Of a DNA stretch of 64,000 nt, positions 57,333 to 64,000 are shown piece after piece. Location of the stretch: the NCBI RefSeq assembly GCF_000315625.1, contig NW_005434619.1, positions 161,363-225,362 on the forward strand. Direction: 5' to 3'. The notes beneath the pieces are model-generated. The model was not told the DNA's origin, searched no databases, and saw only the letters and a program-made list of their open reading frames with translations. The stretch is from Guillardia theta CCMP2712. Lineage: Eukaryota; Protista; Cryptophyta. The stretch's first letter is position 1, and each line of letters starts with the position of its first letter. Both the position numbers and the translations under genes were made by a program.

Positions 57333-59835
57333 CTAAACAATCTCACTCCACTCCGGTCCCTGGAGTTTCACCTTCACCCTCAGACAGGCTGGTCCACATC
57401 GAGAGAAGCCGTCTGCCGCCAGCCCGAATCTTGTGCTGCTGACGCCATCGGCATGGAAGCGCTGCCGCCGTTGTTGCAGAACCTCCTCCTCTACCTCCCG
57501 CCCTACATAGTCGGCAACTTTGCCGTAGACCTGAGCTGAGGCCCTGGCGGCTAGGAAGCGAATCTTGTTTCGTCGCTGCGCGTCGATGCGAGCTCGGAGC
57601 TGCTCGGCCGACGTCGGAGGACAGGTGCTCTGATTCCCATGACTTCCCCAGCAGTCCTTGAGCTGCAAGAAGTGTTGGAAGGAGGTGAAGCTTCCTTGAG
57701 GCCAGTGCCATCTCTCCATGTGCAGCCCGACCTCCTCGAACCTGAGCGAAGAGCAAGTCACCGAAAGACAAGCGCGACGCCATGGGAGCGAGGACCAGAG
57801 GTGTGAGTGAGAGAGCAGAGGGGCAAGGAGAAGGACCTAGGAGACGAAGGAGGAAGGAGACGAAGCTACATGGGTAGGAGGGAGAGGAAGAAGCAGGAGG
57901 AGGGGTGGGAAGAGGGAGTTCCTGTTCAGGAGGTCGTGATCCTCGAAGCCCCACCCCCAAAACCCGTTTGGATATCCGTTTGCCAGCCGATACTGGTCGG
58001 AGGTCACCAGGATCGCTCCTCCAGCCGAGTCGACGCGTCCGAGAAGGTGCCTGGAGGACAAGGTGAGGCATCGTTGCCAGTGGAAGAGGAGTCTTGGCAC
58101 CTGGGACCTCCCAGAGGAGGCTCGAGGTAGAGGTGGAGGGCCGAGGGGAGGGGGATGTAGTCCACGTCTTGCAGGACGAAGAGCTCCGACCCCGAGGCCT
58201 CTGCGAGCAAGAAGCCAACATTGAGCAGCGCCCCTCGGTTGAAAGGTCGACTGTCCTGCTGCTCCACGGCCCAGAGGGTGTAGGGGACCCGGGGGAGGAG
58301 CAGGAGCGCGAGGCTGTCTGCGAGCTTCTGCAAGCTCTCCTCTCTGTCCCTGATGGGAACGATGATGCTGAGGTAGACGCTGCTGTATGCTTCAGCCTCC
58401 TCTGCTCCATCGTTGAGCTCCGGCGGAGGCAGCAGCGTCCTCTCCGGTTTTCCTTCCGTCCCCTGGTCCACCACGCTCCATTCGCTGCAGGCAGCGACTC
58501 CCTGGCAACCCTCTCGATGCTCGCAGCAGAGTCGCGAAAGGGTCTGGGGGAGATCGAGGGCTGCAGGTTTGTTGGGCGGCAGCTCGTTGCCTCTCCTCAT
58601 CCCGTCGAACACGACGAGCATGTCGCTGCTGCACTCGCCCGTGGGAGGAAGCGAGTCCATGGCTGACGAGACTGCGAGGGAGAGAGAAGCAAAGCTGTTG
58701 CTACCGTGAGTCGATGCCTTGATCTCTGAAAGAGAAGATGCAAACATGCAGCGTTTGTCGTCTAACATGTTCAGCACTGGTGAATCCGTCTTGATAAACA
58801 TCAAAAATTCTCCGATTGCAGAGGTTGGAGCCACGAATGAAGACAGCAAACACTCGCTTTGGTTGAGGAAGCATGACTGGCCCACAAAGTCCTGAAGCAG
58901 AGAAGCTCTAAGAGCTGATAAGAACTCAGGAACAAGGAGAAATACAGAGTTGAAGAGGACAACAATCTCGCGCTGTTCCAGCAATGATTGAACCTCCAGC
59001 ATAACATCCGACAACAACACGTCTTCCCGGCACAACACGCCCTGATCAAACCCAAAGCTCTCAATGGTTTCACGGTTTGTCCTGGAGACAGCACCGACTA
59101 CCTCTCTGAGAGAGCTAGTTCCTTGTGCTCCTTGTGCGCAAAGTTCCATGAAGAAGACTCTTCCCCGCTGATCGTTCTTGAGCCTGCTGTTCTCCTTCTC
59201 GAGCTGGTTTCTTGCCGACAGAAATTCGACAACGTCTTCCTCAACTTCCTTGTCGTCCGTCCATAGCCTGACAGCGATGCTGTCCAGTTGTACACCGGAT
59301 GTCCCGTGGAGGAGGAGCAACTCAAGCTTGTTGGGGGTCGGCGGGCGGGAGAGGTCCAAGTCAAGGAGCATGGAGGTGCTGTTGCATGCGGATCTGAAGG
59401 TTGTCAGGTGATGAGAGCTGGAGGAGAAAGTCAGCCCTTGCATCGCCTTGAAGCTAGTCCCTCTCACTTCACATAGACGGCGACTTGGTGTACCCCTGAC
59501 TGACCCGCTCCGAAGCACTCCACTTGCACTTGAACGTCGATCGGAGCTGGGGAAGCCCTGTCAAGACAACTACACAGCAGGAGGAAGAGAACAAGTCTGT
59601 CACAGGCATCTATCACATTTCATCGCAAGGTTGTCATAGAGATCGCATGCCACCAAGTTGAATGCTCGTCAAAGTATCACAGCTAACAAGTTTTGACACC
59701 TGTGACAAACTCGTTTTGAGTGGGCCTGATGAAACTGACTCTTGCTCCTGCTTGGTCACCATCGAGCTCTCCCAGCTCCTCTCCCAAGGCTGTGCCCAGG
59801 TAGAGGATGCAAACAAGAGCAGAAAGCTTCAACAT
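57333..59835 (-). CDS. GT7 family beta-1,4-galactosyltransferase-like protein with long N-terminal extension
   Basis: IIVPIRDREE, VEQQDSRPFNRGALLNVGF, DxD motif LQDVDYIP and GGAILVT...NGYPNGFWGWGFEDHDLLNR. N-terminal signal peptide MLKLSALVCILYLGTALG. Confidence 0.92.
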
Positions 59836-60594
59836 TCAGATTCGCGGCTTCAACTCCTCCTCATACTTCCCTTACACTCAACGGTACCCCACCCGTCCCC
59901 TCATCCCTCATTACCCGCCCGCCCGCCCACCCGCATCTCCTCCTCCTCCTCCTCCTCCCCATCCCCGTCCCCTCCCCTGTCCCCCCCCCCCCTCCCCCTC
60001 CTCCCCCTCCCCCTCCTGCCCTCCTCATGCCCTGTCTAGATCGACGGATTGCAATCGGGACTGATCCTGCTTTTCCCGACAACCGACCTTTGGTTACCCA
60101 CCCCTCTTTCATTCTTTGTACCCCTACTCTTATATACAACTTACACCTAGAAAGCAGGGGTACATTTGATTACCCTACCCTTGGGAATTTTGGATAATCA
60201 ATGCACAAAGGGCGCAGCGTGGGGAGGGCAAGTGCGAGGCGAGAGGGGGAAGGTGGAGAGGAGACGAGGAGACGAGGAGGTCGGTAGCGGCAAAGATGGC
60301 GGAAGGAGAGGTCAGAGCAGACTAGTGGACAAGGAAAGGAAGACAGCAGGTTGATGTATGTAACTTCCAGTGTCGAGACAAGATGCGATGGCTGAGGTAG
60401 AGGGTAGGAGCAAGAGGACCAGGTGAAGGAATGAGATGGTAGGAGAGGAGGGGAGAGGAGAGAGAGAGAGAGGGAGGAGGAGAGGAGGAGAGAAGTCGGA
60501 GTAAGATCAGGAAAGAAGAGCTTTCCCTTAGATCCGTACCCTCCTTTCGTTTGATGGTCGTATCCTGATCCTCCTCTGTGGCAGCGAACGAACC

Positions 60595-63582
<2,988 letters not shown>

Positions 63583-63597
63583 TCATCCTAATGACAG

Positions 63598-63843
63598 GAG
63601 GCGACGAGCTCTTCGTTCTGCTAACAGGACCTTCGCTGCTACAAGCTAAGGTTTCTCCTCCTCTTCTCCTCTCCTCTTCTTTCCCCCTCTTGTCTCCTCT
63701 TCCTCTTGCCTTGTTTCTCATCCTCCTCTCCCTCATTTGCAGGTCCACGACCAACAGAACGGGAGGCACAGCGTGAGCTACACGCTATCAGAGGCAGGGG
63801 AGTATCTGATGGAAGTCCTCGTCCTCTTCGAAGATGGAGTAGG
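63598..63843 (+). CDS. Filamin/Ig-like domain exons resembling the N-terminus of NXPE/PC-esterase-type proteins; partial
   Basis: GGDELFVLLTGPSLLQAK|VHDQQNGRHSVSYTLSEAGEYLMEVLV fits the GGD...GP...VxDxxNGxYxVxY...GxY pattern; GT-AG intron 63651-63742. Confidence 0.65.
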
Positions 63844-63886
63844 GTAAGAGGAGGAGGAAGCGGAGCAGGAAGTGTATGGCGAGAGG

Positions 63887-64000
<114 letters not shown>

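Overview
Gene-dense, intron-rich eukaryotic nuclear DNA, about 20 genes with three 99-100 nt N-gaps. Introns are either short (~45-65 nt) or inflated by microsatellites. Signal peptide + 'AF' bipartite leaders point to an alga with a red-derived complex plastid; a cryptophyte such as Guillardia theta is my inference, not confirmed. Most long ORFs in the track are microsatellite read-throughs, so gene models were spliced by hand. Recognisable genes: TPR protein, phosphotriesterase-like protein, PARG, membrane coiled-coil protein, Cys/His-rich protein, plastid-type rubredoxin, Mpv17/PMP22, SLC6/NSS transporter, PPR-RluA pseudouridine synthase, three related double-Zn2Cys6 loci, LYRM5-like protein, GT7 galactosyltransferase, UDP-glucose dehydrogenase and an Ig-like fragment. 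Main observations: (1) three introns that appear to need AG|GAA (GA-AG) donors; (2) two kinds of intergenic DNA, namely strand-polarised ACCCC clusters and palindromic GC islands carrying TGAGTCA and a shared ~25-bp AT-rich element; (3) a phosphotriesterase lacking most metal ligands and fused to a zinc finger; (4) a LeuT-like NSS transporter; (5) a head-to-head GT7/UGDH pair with a suspect junction at a pentamer repeat.
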